Of a stretch of DNA of 64,000 nucleotides, positions 51,536-64,000 are shown piece by piece. Under the pieces are notes generated by a model. The model had not been told where the DNA came from. It searched no databases and worked only from the letters and a program-made list of their open reading frames with translations. Where the stretch lies: positions 154,380,001-154,444,000 of the forward strand of contig NC_042997.1 of NCBI RefSeq assembly GCF_006345805.1, written 5' to 3'. The translations under genes and the position numbers were made by a program. Position 1 is the stretch's first letter, and the number at the start of each line of letters is the position of its first letter. This DNA is from Octopus sinensis. Lineage: Eukaryota.

Positions 51536-53384
51536 TTATTATAATAAATAGTCTGTATATGACTGGTGATTTGATGTCAAATTTTAAATGGCAAAGTACT
51601 TTTGATATAAATTTTTCAATCGAAGGATATTTGATTTAAGGAGGTCTCATCCTTTGCGGAACATTTGGAATCTCGTTTGTGGATAATACCTGGTTATATA
51701 ATAAAAGGCCTTAGCCTAGTGATGATGGCCAAACATGCGTGTATCTATATATATATTTAAATCATGTCGTTTGCCAGAATCATGATATCATGTCAAAGAT
51801 AGCCTATAAGGATATATATATATTTATTTTAATAAATATGCTTTGTTTTATTTTCGCGTGTCTTATCGTTTGTATTTCTTTGTATATTAGAATATTTCTG
51901 CCCTAAATTTTGACTTAATTCTATTTTGTACAAAACCATAGAGAACATTAAGTGAATTTCGCACAAGAATATTCTAGCTGTATTTGAAGAATACTCTCAT
52001 ACACATGCATCAGTGTTTTCTAAATGGGTACAAACAGACGATAGAATATCGCTTCATTTTCTAATTCTCATGTTATATGTATGTATATGTATGTATATGT
52101 ATGTGTGTGTGTGTTGGTTAAAGATTATACTAAAGTGTAGCAGCGACATACTGAAATGAAACGGTTGGCCTGATACAGCATTATACTTTCAAATAATTTT
52201 GTCAAGGGTGCAAATACACTTTCTTCAACTCTCTATTTACCATTCATATCACTTTTAATTCCCTAAACACAAAGTTCTATATTCCAGTATAAAGCTATAT
52301 GGAAATCTTAATTTTCCATTTATTGCAGAATGTACTAAAACTCACCTTTTTTTCAGTTCTACATCTATTCGCCCTAACAGACTCGTTCATTTATCCACCC
52401 CCATCCTTCCGATCAGAAGCAAACCCCGTTTGCTGTTGGTTGTGTTCTTCAGCTGATACATACTATTTTACACTTGTAGTGGTTCCAACCAAACAGTTGT
52501 GACCATGCTAGACAAAAAGAACAAAGAATCTTTTGCCAATAACATTTCTCGGTTGATTCTATGTTGAAAAGATGAATAGAATCAACAGTTTTCCCAGTGT
52601 AACAAAATAAATAAATACATAACTACAACGCTTGTGACGAGTTAGATTGCTGTCGCCTATGAACCGGATTGTGTCAGGATTTATAGATAAACTCTCTCTT
52701 TTATTTCTCACCAGTGACATTCACACACAACTTATATGGCTTTCCTGAATTCTACATTACAGGAAAGACATACTGGAATTATAATTCACGCTCTGGTGAA
52801 ATTGACTACTCTTACGACAATCTCAACAAATTTAGTTTTGCGTCAATTCAATTACCAACGTGTTTTCCTGTAAACAAAAAGCGATTTGAACAGTCACAAT
52901 CTGAAAACCTGTAATATTGAATTACTTTCTAATACAATGTCGCAACTAAAGTCGTGTCTTGCTTCTTTCCTTGTCTTTGTAATATAGTCCACCAACAGTA
53001 TTGTTTCAAACAGCATTTATGTAAAATATGCGGCATATTATTAAATAATTTGGAGTTGTGAAGCCACAGTATCGCAGATTCTAATTTCCGAAACATATAA
53101 AGGAATTTTCAGTTGAATAACTTTCATTTTCACTTGACGGACATTATTTTTATAACCCACTATCCTTATAATAAATAGTAGTGGATGATAGAATAGGTGG
53201 TGCGGCAGAAAAGGTACCTTGCGATACTTGTCCATTTTCTGTTCTTAGGTTCGAATCTTATTGAGGTTCAGTTCACGTTTCATTTTTTCGGTGTCAATAA
53301 TATAATATCAGTCATGTACTGGGATCGATATAATCTATTATATCCTTCTTCAAAACTATACTAGAAATTATTGTTATAATTATT

Positions 53385-54768
53385 AAGGTGGTGAGTTGAC
53401 AGAACTGCTAGTATGCCAGACAAAATGCTCAACAGCGTTTTTTCCGCCTTTACGTTCTAAGTTCAAATACCGCCGAGGTCGACTTTGCATTCATTTTTTC
53501 GTAGTCGATGAAATCAGTCAGGCATTTGGATCGATGTAATCAACTAACCCCCACCCCAAAATTTCAGGCCTTGTGTCTATAACGGAAAGGATTATTATCA
53601 TTATTGAGGCAACGATCTAGCAGAATCCTTGTACGCCGGAAAAAGTACTTAGCAGCATTTATTCCGGCATTACGTTCTAAGTTTAAAATTCCGCCGAGGA
53701 CGATTTTGTTTTTATCTTTTCGGAGTCGAGGAAATAAATACCAGTTGAATACTGAGGTCGATTGGCCTGTCATAAAAAACTTCAGACCTTATGCCTATAC
53801 TAGAAAAGATTATTATTAAGGTTAATAGATAGCAAAACCAGCACACTGATGGACAAAATACCTTGAAGTGTTTTGTTAGTAGTAAAACGGCTAAATAAAA
53901 ACACTAAGAGTCAACTTAGCGTTTCGCTCTTCCGAATTAATAAAATAAATAGCCAGTTAAGTAATGAGTTCATTTAAATCGATTAACCTTCTTGTCTTAA
54001 ATTTATAGCCTTGAGTTTATGTAAGAAATTCTTATTATATTTTCGACAGTCCGGTTCTTTACGTTCTTAGTTCAAATTCCACCGAATTCAACTTTGTCAT
54101 CGACCTTTCGGGATCACTAAAATAGAATACCAGTCAAGTACTGGGGTTCGTGGAACCGGCTAATTTCTACCATCATAATTGTTGGTATTATGTCTAAATC
54201 AAGTCATTATTACATTTTCAACAGTTACACGAGTTTCTACTTCGCCACAATGTGTGTTATTGTGTTTTCGAGGTGTCTCCAGCATTGTCTTTCGAGCATA
54301 TAGATTTGCAGTAGTTTCATTTGGCTCTGGACTTTGGTTTATTGCTTTTGCTATTATTTAAGCACATTTGTCTATTATGTTGAGTATGTGCATAGTGAAC
54401 TGCATTACTTTATTGTGTGTTGTATGTATTTCGTAAGTTTTGTGATTGGCATTATGTATTACAGTGTCGGACGGTAACATTGGGATGTTCTGTTATGTTA
54501 TTGGGTGACATTTAGTGAATAGGAGTTGTTTGAATTGTTGGTGTTATAGAGTCTAACATCCGATTAAATAAGAGTAATTGCTATGTTAGTTTATGAAGTG
54601 GCGAGTGTATAAATTTACTATCATTTTTCAGTAGCTAGTAGAATCGTAAGCGTATCTTATAAAATGCGTAGCTGCATTTCTTTCAGTTCTTTATGTTCTG
54701 AGTTCAAATCTCACAGAGTTCCACTTTTCTTTTAATCGATCCGGGGTCGATAAAACAAAATACCAGTC
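53385..54768 (+). mobile_element. Cluster of four co-oriented SINE family C copies
   Basis: Family C bodies at ~53385, 53610, 54045 and 54660. Confidence 0.75.
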
Positions 54769-54769
54769 A

Positions 54770-55445
54770 AGTGATCACAAAGAGAAATGGCGCCAATGTG
54801 TCGCCCTGGAGTACTCCGACTCTGATATCAAAGAAACTCTTATCCCCATCTAAGGACCTAACTTTTGATTTGGTGTTATAGAGTGTCATAAGTGTTGCTG
54901 TTGTTCTTTAGGGATGCCGCAGGCCAGTAGAATCTTTTCCATTTTATCACGATGGATAGAGCCAAAAGCCTTTGAGAAATCAACAAATAGTAACCCTGCT
55001 ACAAATTTTCCGGCTTTTACTCGTTTTATTGCAACAACCTGGATGCTTACCAAAATACTAGAAACCAAGCTAGCTGGAACTTACACCCGAATGTTAAGAG
55101 CGGTCTTAAGCATATCTTGTAGAACTCAACCCACCAAGAAACAGCTGCATGGAAAACTCCTCCATGTTTCCACCATTATAAAGGAAAGAGTCTTGCGCTT
55201 TGCGGGACATTGCTGGCTAGTTAAAGAGGTGGCAAGTAACCCGCTGCTATGGATGTCAAATCATAGCCGTACTCGAGCACGTCGTCCGAACACAACGTAC
55301 ATAGATCAACTGACCAGAAACACAGGACGTCTCCTTGAAGACCTCCTTCAACAAATGCTGAACCGAGATGAATGGTATGTACGAGTTAAAAATGTCCGAA
55401 CAAGCTCGACCAGATGATAATGATGATGTTGATAGTGATGATGAC
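54770..55445 (+). mobile_element. RTE-clade LINE with inverted 5' segment
   Basis: Minus 54770-55033: LFVDFSKAFGSIHR..GVLQGDTLAPFLF (RT); plus 55034-55417: TYTRMLRAVL..RVLRFAGHC..NRDEW, then (TGA)n-like tail. Confidence 0.82.
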
Positions 55446-55679
55446 CAATAAAGTCCTGGCATCGATGTATCCCCCTTCCCTCAAAATTGCAGGCCTTGTA
55501 CCAAATTTTAAAACAATTATCTATAAGTAGTTTTTATCAGCAGATTTTATTGCGTGTTTTCACTACACCAACGAACAGAGCTCTGTGAAATTTGGGAATG
55601 CATTTAGTTATATATTTTCGAATTTATTGACTTAACGTAATGCGTGTGCAATATCTAGCATGCTATTTTCTTTATATCG

Positions 55680-57530
55680 AGCATAATTTACACCCATATC
55701 TTTCGCGGCATATTACAGCAGGTCTTCATCACTATTTATCAAATACTCGGCAAGCGTCCTCCTTTCACTCCTCATACCATTGTCTATATTAATTAGTCCT
55801 TTGCCACCATTCTTTCTTTTTATATACCGGTTGTTTACGTTTTATTTAGGGTGTAGCGCCCCATGCAGCGTCATCAACTTTCTCGTCCAGTGTTGATATT
55901 TCTTCCCTAGTCCATTTGAGGATGGACGTACTTAATCTGACCACTGCAACAGCCCGGATATTCATTGCGGTAATCAAACTTTTGGCATTTAGGTTGGATT
56001 TCAGCACCATCTTTACCCTATTTTGATACGCCTCGTTGACGTTGACTTTCATTTCTCAGTGTAGAATGTCATCCAGCTCCAAAATCCCTTAATATCTATA
56101 CCCACTTCCGTCGGGTTCACCCATGGTCTCTCCTAATGGTAACCGCAATCCTCTGCAAGCTGCTTTCTTCCCTCTTTTCGTATTAAATACTGAGAATTTG
56201 GTAATCCCAAATTCCATACCGATTTCCCTACCACATTTCTGGACTGTTTTAGTTAAGGAATCTATATGTTTTTCAGATTTCCCAAACAATTTCATGTCAT
56301 CCATAAACAGAAGCTGGTTCAATGATGGGCCTTTCTTCCCACATCGGTAACCCATCTTAACTTTCCTAAGTATCATTGTTATGGATATTAGTGCAATTAC
56401 AAAAAGTAACGGAGAAAATGAGTCACCTTGGAAGATGCCCCTTTTAATATTAACTTTTACAAGGAATACATTACTTGAGTACAATTTGGTTTTCCGCTCT
56501 TTCATGCTATGCATCAGAAAATTTGTGATATTGTCAGCAACACCAAACATCTGCAGGCATTCAACGGTTCAAGAATGAGGAATCATATCATATGCCCTCT
56601 TAAAGTCAATCATTTCCCCTGCATGTCCACCCACCATAGTATCAGGACTCACTGTATAACATTCTTGTTCCTCATCCTTAATAGCCCCATCACCATTTCC
56701 CTGTTCCTCTTGTCTACTCTTCTCTCTCCTTTCAATGGTTCAATTATAGGCCTTTCTTCCCACATCGGTAACCCATCTTAACTTTCCTAAGTATCATTGT
56801 TATGGATATTAGTGCAATTACAAAAAGTAACGGAGAAAATGAGTCACCTTGGAAGATGCCCCTTTTAATATTAACTTCTCTAAGGAATACATTACTTGAA
56901 TACAATTTGGTTTTCCGTTCTTTCATGCTATGCATCAGAAAATTTGTGATATTGTCAGCAACACCAAACATCTGCAGGCATTCAACGATCCAAGAATGAG
57001 GAATCATATCATATGCCTTCTTAAAGTCAATCATTTCCCCTGCATGTCCACCCACCACAGTATCAGGGCTCACTGTATAACATTCTTGTTCTTCATCCTT
57101 AATAGTCCCATCACCATTTCCCTGTTCCTCTTGTCTACTCTTCTCTCTCCTTTCAATTCCTACTTCTCTGTTTTCAACTCCAACCATGTTTGTATGATGT
57201 TTTTTACAATGCCTCAAAACAGTTTTATCAATGACCAGGTGATCCTTGGTACCATGGGAACTCTTTCTATATCCTCTTTGTTCCTTTGGTATTATTTCTT
57301 TCTGTGCCAGGAAAGTATGTCTTTGCCGCACATATTCCAGTGAGCATGTTCAGGCATGCTATGGGACTGTAGTTTCCCACAATATTCCCCTTTCTTCTAT
57401 CTTTCATTATAAGCGTTGTCCTCCCAGATACCATCCACGCGGTGACTGTACATTTCTGGACACACTCATTCAATTGGGCTGCTAGTCTTTCACGCACTGC
57501 GAGGCATCTCTTCAGCCAAATTTCACATGA
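55680..57530 (-). mobile_element. Decayed R4/Dong-type LINE RT fragment with 421-bp tandem duplication
   Basis: NYSPIACLNML, QRGYRKSSHGTKDHL, IDFKKAYD, FQGDSFSPLLF, FMDD; duplicated block 56316-56736 / 56737-57157. Confidence 0.87.
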
Positions 57531-57731
57531 TATGGCACTCTTCTATTTATTTGTGTATAACTTCTGGATGAGCTACCTCGGTCCTATATGGTCTTAACAA
57601 AACATGAAGTAGACTGACATGTAATTTTGAACCTGTGGAAGGCACGCAAGATGCCTAAATATTGTTCAACAAATTTCACATGATATGGCACTCTTCTATT
57701 TATTTCTCTAATAATAATGATGATGATGATG

Positions 57732-57790
<59 letters not shown>

Positions 57791-58307
57791 GATGATAATA
57801 ATATTTGCTTAGGATTTGTCAAAGCAAAGAGAAAGAAAACATATCTACCAACTTAAGCCCGTCAGATAGATAACATACTTAAATAATTCATAATAGCGCT
57901 AGTTTACATAAGAATCCAATTAATTTTAAAAGAGTCGTATCAAATGCAAAGAAAAATAATTAAACTTATGTTTTGCGCTTTAAAAATATAATAATGTGTC
58001 ATGTCTGTGAACACAATTTTAAAAGAACCAAAATATACTATTAATTATTTTTGATTTATAGTGATCTAAAATCACAACATATCCTACATTAAATATGTTA
58101 AAATTAATTTAACTACATATAAATACGAAGTGCATTACTGTGTGAAGATACACATATAAAGGACAGATGAAAGGAAGTGAGAAAAAAATATTACTCAATT
58201 TTGGTACTCTCTTTCATATGTCCTTTGTAAGTGTTTACACTTAGGTTGGTTATCGCTTATGTTCGACAATCAATCTTAAATTAATTTTCAATTAATTTAC
58301 ACATTCA

Positions 58308-58308
<1 letters not shown>

Positions 58309-58361
<53 letters not shown>

Positions 58362-58454
58362 TACACACACACACACAAACACACACGTACGTACGTATGT
58401 ATGTATGTATGTATGTATGTATGTATGTATGTATGTATGTATGTATGTATCAAT

Positions 58455-58550
<96 letters not shown>

Positions 58551-58560
58551 TTATCTATCT
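58309..58560. repeat. Compound microsatellite (CA)n,(GTAT)n,(CTAT)n
   Basis: Read directly. Confidence 0.95.
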
Positions 58561-58749
58561 ACATAAATACAGATCGTTGCTATTATGCAAAAGTGTCTTA
58601 AGTTCAAAACGTTGCTTTTCCAGAAAACGAAAAAATAGTTTCACCGTCCCATTTCTTTTTTGCATTAGCAACAATTTCAGCTTAACAATAATATTTTGTT
58701 GGGCGCATAAAAGCACAACTTTTATGTTGATATTTTCAGTTAGAAATAT

Positions 58750-61089
58750 CACTGGGCAAAAAAAAAAAAAAAAAATTTATTGTCTGCTACCCAGACAAAT
58801 GATGCTGTACCAAACTAAATCGAGTATGCTGATTCCGAATCTGAACTCAGAATTGCTGTAGCACATCATGATTTTGAGTTATGAGCATAATTATATATTT
58901 ATACTATATTAGAACCAGGAATAGTTAAGTTCAAGATAAATAATTATTATAATAGTATATTAGTACTGTATATAGTAAATTTATGTTCAAGGCAAATAGT
59001 ATTGCAATATAATGGTATATAATATACTTATGTTAAGGGAATATTCACTTTGTTTTTGATATGCTCAGCTCAGAAATGTTTGAGACACTTGCTCTTGCGC
59101 TTATGCGTCGAGCTAATCTCCTGTTGTAGGAACGAGCAGTAGTCATCCATCATGTGTGGATTGAACCGGCCTTGATACATCGTTTCTACCTTAAATATGT
59201 CCTGATGGAACCTCTCACCATGCTCATCACTAAGGGCACCAAGGTTCGTGGGGAAAAATCGAGATGAGAATACAAGAAGTGCATTTTGAGGGACATTCGG
59301 CATCCCATTCTTCCATACGCTGTTAGCATGTTGTTTATTAAATCAGCATAGTTTTCAGCCCTATGAATGCCAAGAAAGTTCTGTACAACTAACACGAATG
59401 AATCCCATGCCGTCAGCTCAATTAGATTCAGTTTACCTCTGAATTTGCTATCAGATACAAATTCTCTGATCTCGGGTCCAATAAAATGCTTTCAGTTTTG
59501 CGTCACTCTTCTCTGCACCAAATTTTACTTTTAGGTACTGGAAGCCACAACAATCGTGTGTCATTGCTTTTACGAAGCTTTTCATGAGACCGAGTTTGAT
59601 GTAAAGGGGTGGAAGGAAGATCTTTTGCGGGTCTACCAGTGGCATATGCTGCATATTGTGCGCTCATCTCTTTTAGGCCAGTCTTTTACAGTATAGTGAT
59701 TGCTGCCGTCGCAGTTGTTCCAAACACAAGAAGCACATATTTTTGGTATATTCCAGCTGCAGTTCTAGGAGGAATGAAATAACCTTTAAATCGCCACAAA
59801 TATTCCACTTAAGTACTGAGTAATTAACTCTTTCAGAATGAGTTCCATCGATTCTTAAGTTTCTTCCATACCGACATGACCCACAGGAATGGAAGGTTTT
59901 TCATTACCATTATATGACAACACAGCTTTGAGGCTAACCTTACTCGAGTCTATAAACAATATCCATTCGTTAGCCACATGCACGTGTCCTAGTTTTTGCA
60001 AGAGTGCATTAACAACAGTACAGAAACAAGCATTATTTTCTTGCTTGAAAAAGGCAGAGAAGCCTTCATGGCAAGTACGGAAAATGGAAATTATCGTACA
60101 TTACTGTAGGAGATTCCGTTGTTGTAGTTTGGATCCCACAACTTCTGTCCTCTCCTTTGACATGCTCGTAGGTCTCTCGCTAAATCGTTCAAATCTTCTT
60201 GATTAAACTAACCTGGCTCATTTTTCTTAGAGTCAACTACGTACTTTTCGTCGATGGGGAGCCAGAGGATTCATCGTGCGACATGTCAAGATTTTCAATT
60301 GAAGCATGTGAGATGGGAACTAGGGCAGAGTTCTCGAAGTCATGTGGGACTAGTTTTAGAGCCAACTTACAATCTGCATACACAATTTTTGCTTCGGTCT
60401 ACATTGAGAAACCACCAGACATGATTGGCTGGTTAACTCTATACCATTGGTACAGCAAAAGACATTCCCTTCCGTTTTCCATTCAGCCACAGTGTAAGCC
60501 CTGAGTAACACACGGTGCAGCATTTAAGAGGTGCCCACCTCTTATCTTGGTATCCAACTTTACATCCGAAATAATATTTATAGGTAGTTTTTAATTTGGT
60601 GGCAATATTTTTCCACTGGACACGCGGAGCAAATTTTCCACAGACATAATAAAAATTGTTTGGGTGATTCACACTGTCTCTCATATTCATGATCTAACAC
60701 AATGAACACAGTTAAAACAGTAATCACGGAGAGCGAGAGATATACATACCACACGTGGCGGCAACGCAAACGACACGGAGAGTTACCAAGGACATACTGA
60801 CGTACTGCGCACAATACATCAGCGCCATCTATTGCTAAACTAAATAATGAACTTTCTCATCGTTTGTTTTATTGCTGTTATTTCTTTAATTTTGAATTAA
60901 CACCGCTTTCATTTTAGCAAATTTTATATGTCCTATATCTAACCGCAAGTATAGTTATAATCTTGCGCATGCGCATAATTCAAAATCCTGATGTGTTAGA
61001 CCAATTCTGAGTGCGGATTCGGAATCAGCATCCCCGATTTAGTCTAAAACATGCTTTTACCCCAGTAGCAAAATGTTTGTTGTCCAGCG
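58750..61089 (-). mobile_element. Full-length decayed Chapaev3-like (CMC superfamily) DNA transposon
   Basis: Termini CACTGGGCAA / TTGTCCAGCG, ~40-bp subterminal inverted block (ATGCTGATTCCGAATC..CTCAGAATTG), TAT 3-bp TSD at 58747-49 and 61090-92; transposase motifs NHPNNFYYVCG, QDKRWAP..C..C, LPPLYIKLGLMK, MSLKMHFLYSHLDF, SDEHGERFHQD. Confidence 0.82.
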
Positions 61090-61373
61090 TATTTTTGCAT
61101 AACTGTCGTATGTAGGACTTACTACACTTTGGTAAAATGCTAAACCGTTGTACTACACTTTAACAATTTTTTATATCTTAGCATCTGAAGCAGCTGGAGA
61201 TACGACGGCTTGACAAAAACCCCCCCCAAAAAAACACGGTCTATTGCAAACAAAATTAAATATTGAAAAAAAAGAAAAAAACGCATTTGGCCAAATTTGG
61301 ACATATGACAATTTAATAGAATAGCGACGATATATATATATATATATATATATGCAAGTTTACTTTGTTTTAT

Positions 61374-61440
<67 letters not shown>

Positions 61441-61491
61441 TATGTATATATATGTATGCATATGTGTATTTTATGTATGTATGTATGTATG

Positions 61492-61569
<78 letters not shown>

Positions 61570-62228
61570 CACACACACACACGCGCGTATGTGTGTATAA
61601 TTAGTCAACTAGACACAATTTCTTTGCAGACAATCTCGAAGAATATGTGAAAAATATGAACTGATATGATATACTCAAAGGATATCCGGTAAGGAGTTTG
61701 GGCAAGATAAATGTTCATGCCTGATCACAAAGTGAAAAAAAAGCCCTAAGCCAGAGTAGCAACATCTCTAATGAATGGCTGGATTCGATTGACGTTATCA
61801 GATGAAGAATGCTACAGGTGCATAAAAATGAATGAACGCGTATATTACTATTGATGGAGAACTATATGGTTCTCAGAGCGCTCTGAATATCATAAATCTG
61901 TAATTTTACATTATTTACAATTTTTATATTGAACCAGTACTCAAACCAACAACTGAGCTTGTTGATTGGGTGCTATATAAGATCCAGCTCATTGATAGTA
62001 AAAGTACTGAGTGACACTCGAAATTTACACATCAGTAGTGATATTGGCTGCGTTCACCTGAAATGAGGACAATGAGACATCTTTTGAATGTCGCATCATA
62101 TCCTTCTGGCAGTTTCTATTAAACTACCAAGCATTGAGCTGCATCCGTAAAGTAAAAAATGCTTACATGAAACAAACAGTAACATGAGAGTTGGAAAGGA
62201 GCCCTCGTATATAATTCCTGATCGGTGT

Positions 62229-62324
62229 CTTTTGCCAAGCCGCTAAGTTACGGGGACGTAAACACACCAGCATCGGTTGTCAAGCGATGTTGGGGGGGGG
62301 GACAAATACAGAACATATACGTAT

Positions 62325-62365
<41 letters not shown>

Positions 62366-62528
62366 CACATATATACCACGGGATTCTTTCAGTTTCCGGC
62401 TACCAAATCCACTCACAAGGCTTTGGTCGGCCCGAGGCTATAGTAGAAGACACTTGCCCAAGGTTCCATGCAGTGGGACTGAACTCGGAACCATGTGGTT
62501 CGTAAGCAAGCTACTTACCACACAGCCA
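62229..62528 (-). mobile_element. SINE family B, 3'-truncated
   Basis: High identity to the 43222 copy. Confidence 0.88.
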
Positions 62529-62769
62529 ATACATACGCACATTAAATTCATATTACTCATTATAGATGATTATATGTTTTGCGTGGTATAAAATTTTCAA
62601 ACGAATGAAAATTTGTTGTAGCTGATAGAGCTTACAGTTTAAATGGATGAACCATTAAAAGCGATGCTACTTCAAATATAAGCATAAAGTATATTTTGTA
62701 AAGAATGGGAAAAGGGAATATAAGGAGTAAGAAGAGTGTGGTTAGACAGTGTCGGAAGAAGAAAAAGAA

Positions 62770-62799
<30 letters not shown>

Positions 62800-62813
<14 letters not shown>

Positions 62814-62935
62814 ATGTGTCTCTGTGTCTGTGTTTGTCTCCTCACCACTGCTTGACAACCGGTGTTGGTGTGTTTGTATCCCTGTAATCTAGCGGTTCGG
62901 CACAAGAGACCGATAGAAAAAATACCGGGCTTAAG
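62800..62935 (+). mobile_element. SINE family B 3' fragment
   Basis: GCTTGACAACCGGTGTTGGTGTGTTT..TAGCGGTTCGGCACAAGAGACCGATAG. Confidence 0.75.
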
Positions 62936-62939
62936 TGCT

Positions 62940-64000
62940 GGAGAAAAAGGGTAGAGCAGTGCTATGCGGATCCCCGAAAACGATGATCAGGTTAAAAAGA
63001 TGGTCGCACTTGCGGTGGGTGCGAGTACCAAGATCACTTCCAAGGGCCACATATTTAAGTTTAATAACGATATATACGCCCGAGAGGAAGGTGCTGCTAT
63101 CGGTATCAGTATCACTGGCGATGTGGCTAACCTATTTATGTGCATGGTGGGATAGGAGACTCAAAGAAAAATTAGCAGAGAACTCCATAGCCCTAACCAT
63201 ATACTCCCGCTATGATATCAACATAGTAGCCAAAGCACCTCTGCATGACAATGTTGATGATCTAGAAGCTAACACTATGGAGAGCATGCAGCAAATAGCT
63301 AACTCCATCACCCAGAGTATCAAAGTAAATATAGACTATCCTAACAGACACATTAATTATAGACTACCAGCTTTAGACACAGAACTAAGCTTAGAAACCA
63401 AGAACAATAAGGTCCAGATTCTCCACTCCCATTATGCTAAGCCCATGGCCTCTAAATACCTTTTCCATAAGAACGCAGCCATGGCGGACAACGCCAAGTT
63501 CAATATTCTTATAGCTGACTTGGTGAGAGTGATGAGGAATGTGTCTCGCATGTGCGACCCTATGGAAGTGGAAAGACACATACAACACTTCATCCGCTGT
63601 ATGCAGTTATCCGGCTACAACCAAAGAGACAAGATTGGAGTGTATAAAGGAGCCAGGGTCAAGTACAAAGCCATTACAGAAAGTGATGCAAATGGAATCT
63701 CCCCGCTATACAGGAGTAAATCCTGGAACAGCAAAGACAGGACCAGAAAAAAGATAGATAAGGCCAACTCATGGTATAACAACAAAAATACCAGAGTGTC
63801 ATGTTCGTTGATGATACCCCAGGCGGCGAACTAGCATACCTTTTTAGAAAAAAACATTTGATAAGGCCAGTCTACGGATTAAAGTAGTAGCAAGGCCTGG
63901 TGCCCCTATAAAATCCCTGATCTGTAGAACTTATCCCATGTACGGAGAACAATTGGATTGTATGTAGGATGAACCCACAGGTTAACTGTAAGGTTAGAAA
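62940..64000 (+). mobile_element. Penelope-like element RT (Naiad-like), frameshifted, runs off the window end
   Basis: HIFKFNNDIYAREEGAAIGISITGDVANLFM..WD, YSRY-D, ALDTEL, HYAKPMAS, MQLSGY, VMFVDDTPGGELA, RIKVVARPG, then Cys-motif remnants. Confidence 0.78.

Overview
AT-rich, microsatellite-dense animal genomic DNA. The SINE types and repeat landscape suggest a coleoid cephalopod (Octopus-like); this is an inference. I find no intact host protein-coding gene, rRNA, tRNA gene or CRISPR array, and most ORF-track entries are microsatellite or antisense artefacts. The window is a record of mobile-element insertions: three tRNA-derived SINE families (more than 25 copies), a head-to-tail stack of four R4/Dong-type LINEs in one trinucleotide microsatellite (4.9-12.7 kb), further Dong, Tx1/L1, RTE and Penelope-like (PLE) remnants, two non-autonomous Helitrons, a full-length DD37D (maT) mariner-like element, a full-length Chapaev3-like transposon with a 3-bp TSD, and several fold-back elements. 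The main result from reading the raw sequence is four type I hammerhead ribozyme motifs (18.4, 38.3, 38.8 and 44.7 kb). Two have fully intact cores. All four lie in short non-coding units that run into a dinucleotide microsatellite 110-190 nt downstream, and two show partial-tandem or inverted-end architecture. These are candidate retrozyme or PLE-derived self-cleaving, possibly circular, RNAs. A canonical-looking Pol II promoter (CRE/UPRE, CCAAT, GC, TATA) lies on the minus strand at about 27.5 kb. Coordinates were read by hand; the ends of decayed elements are approximate.
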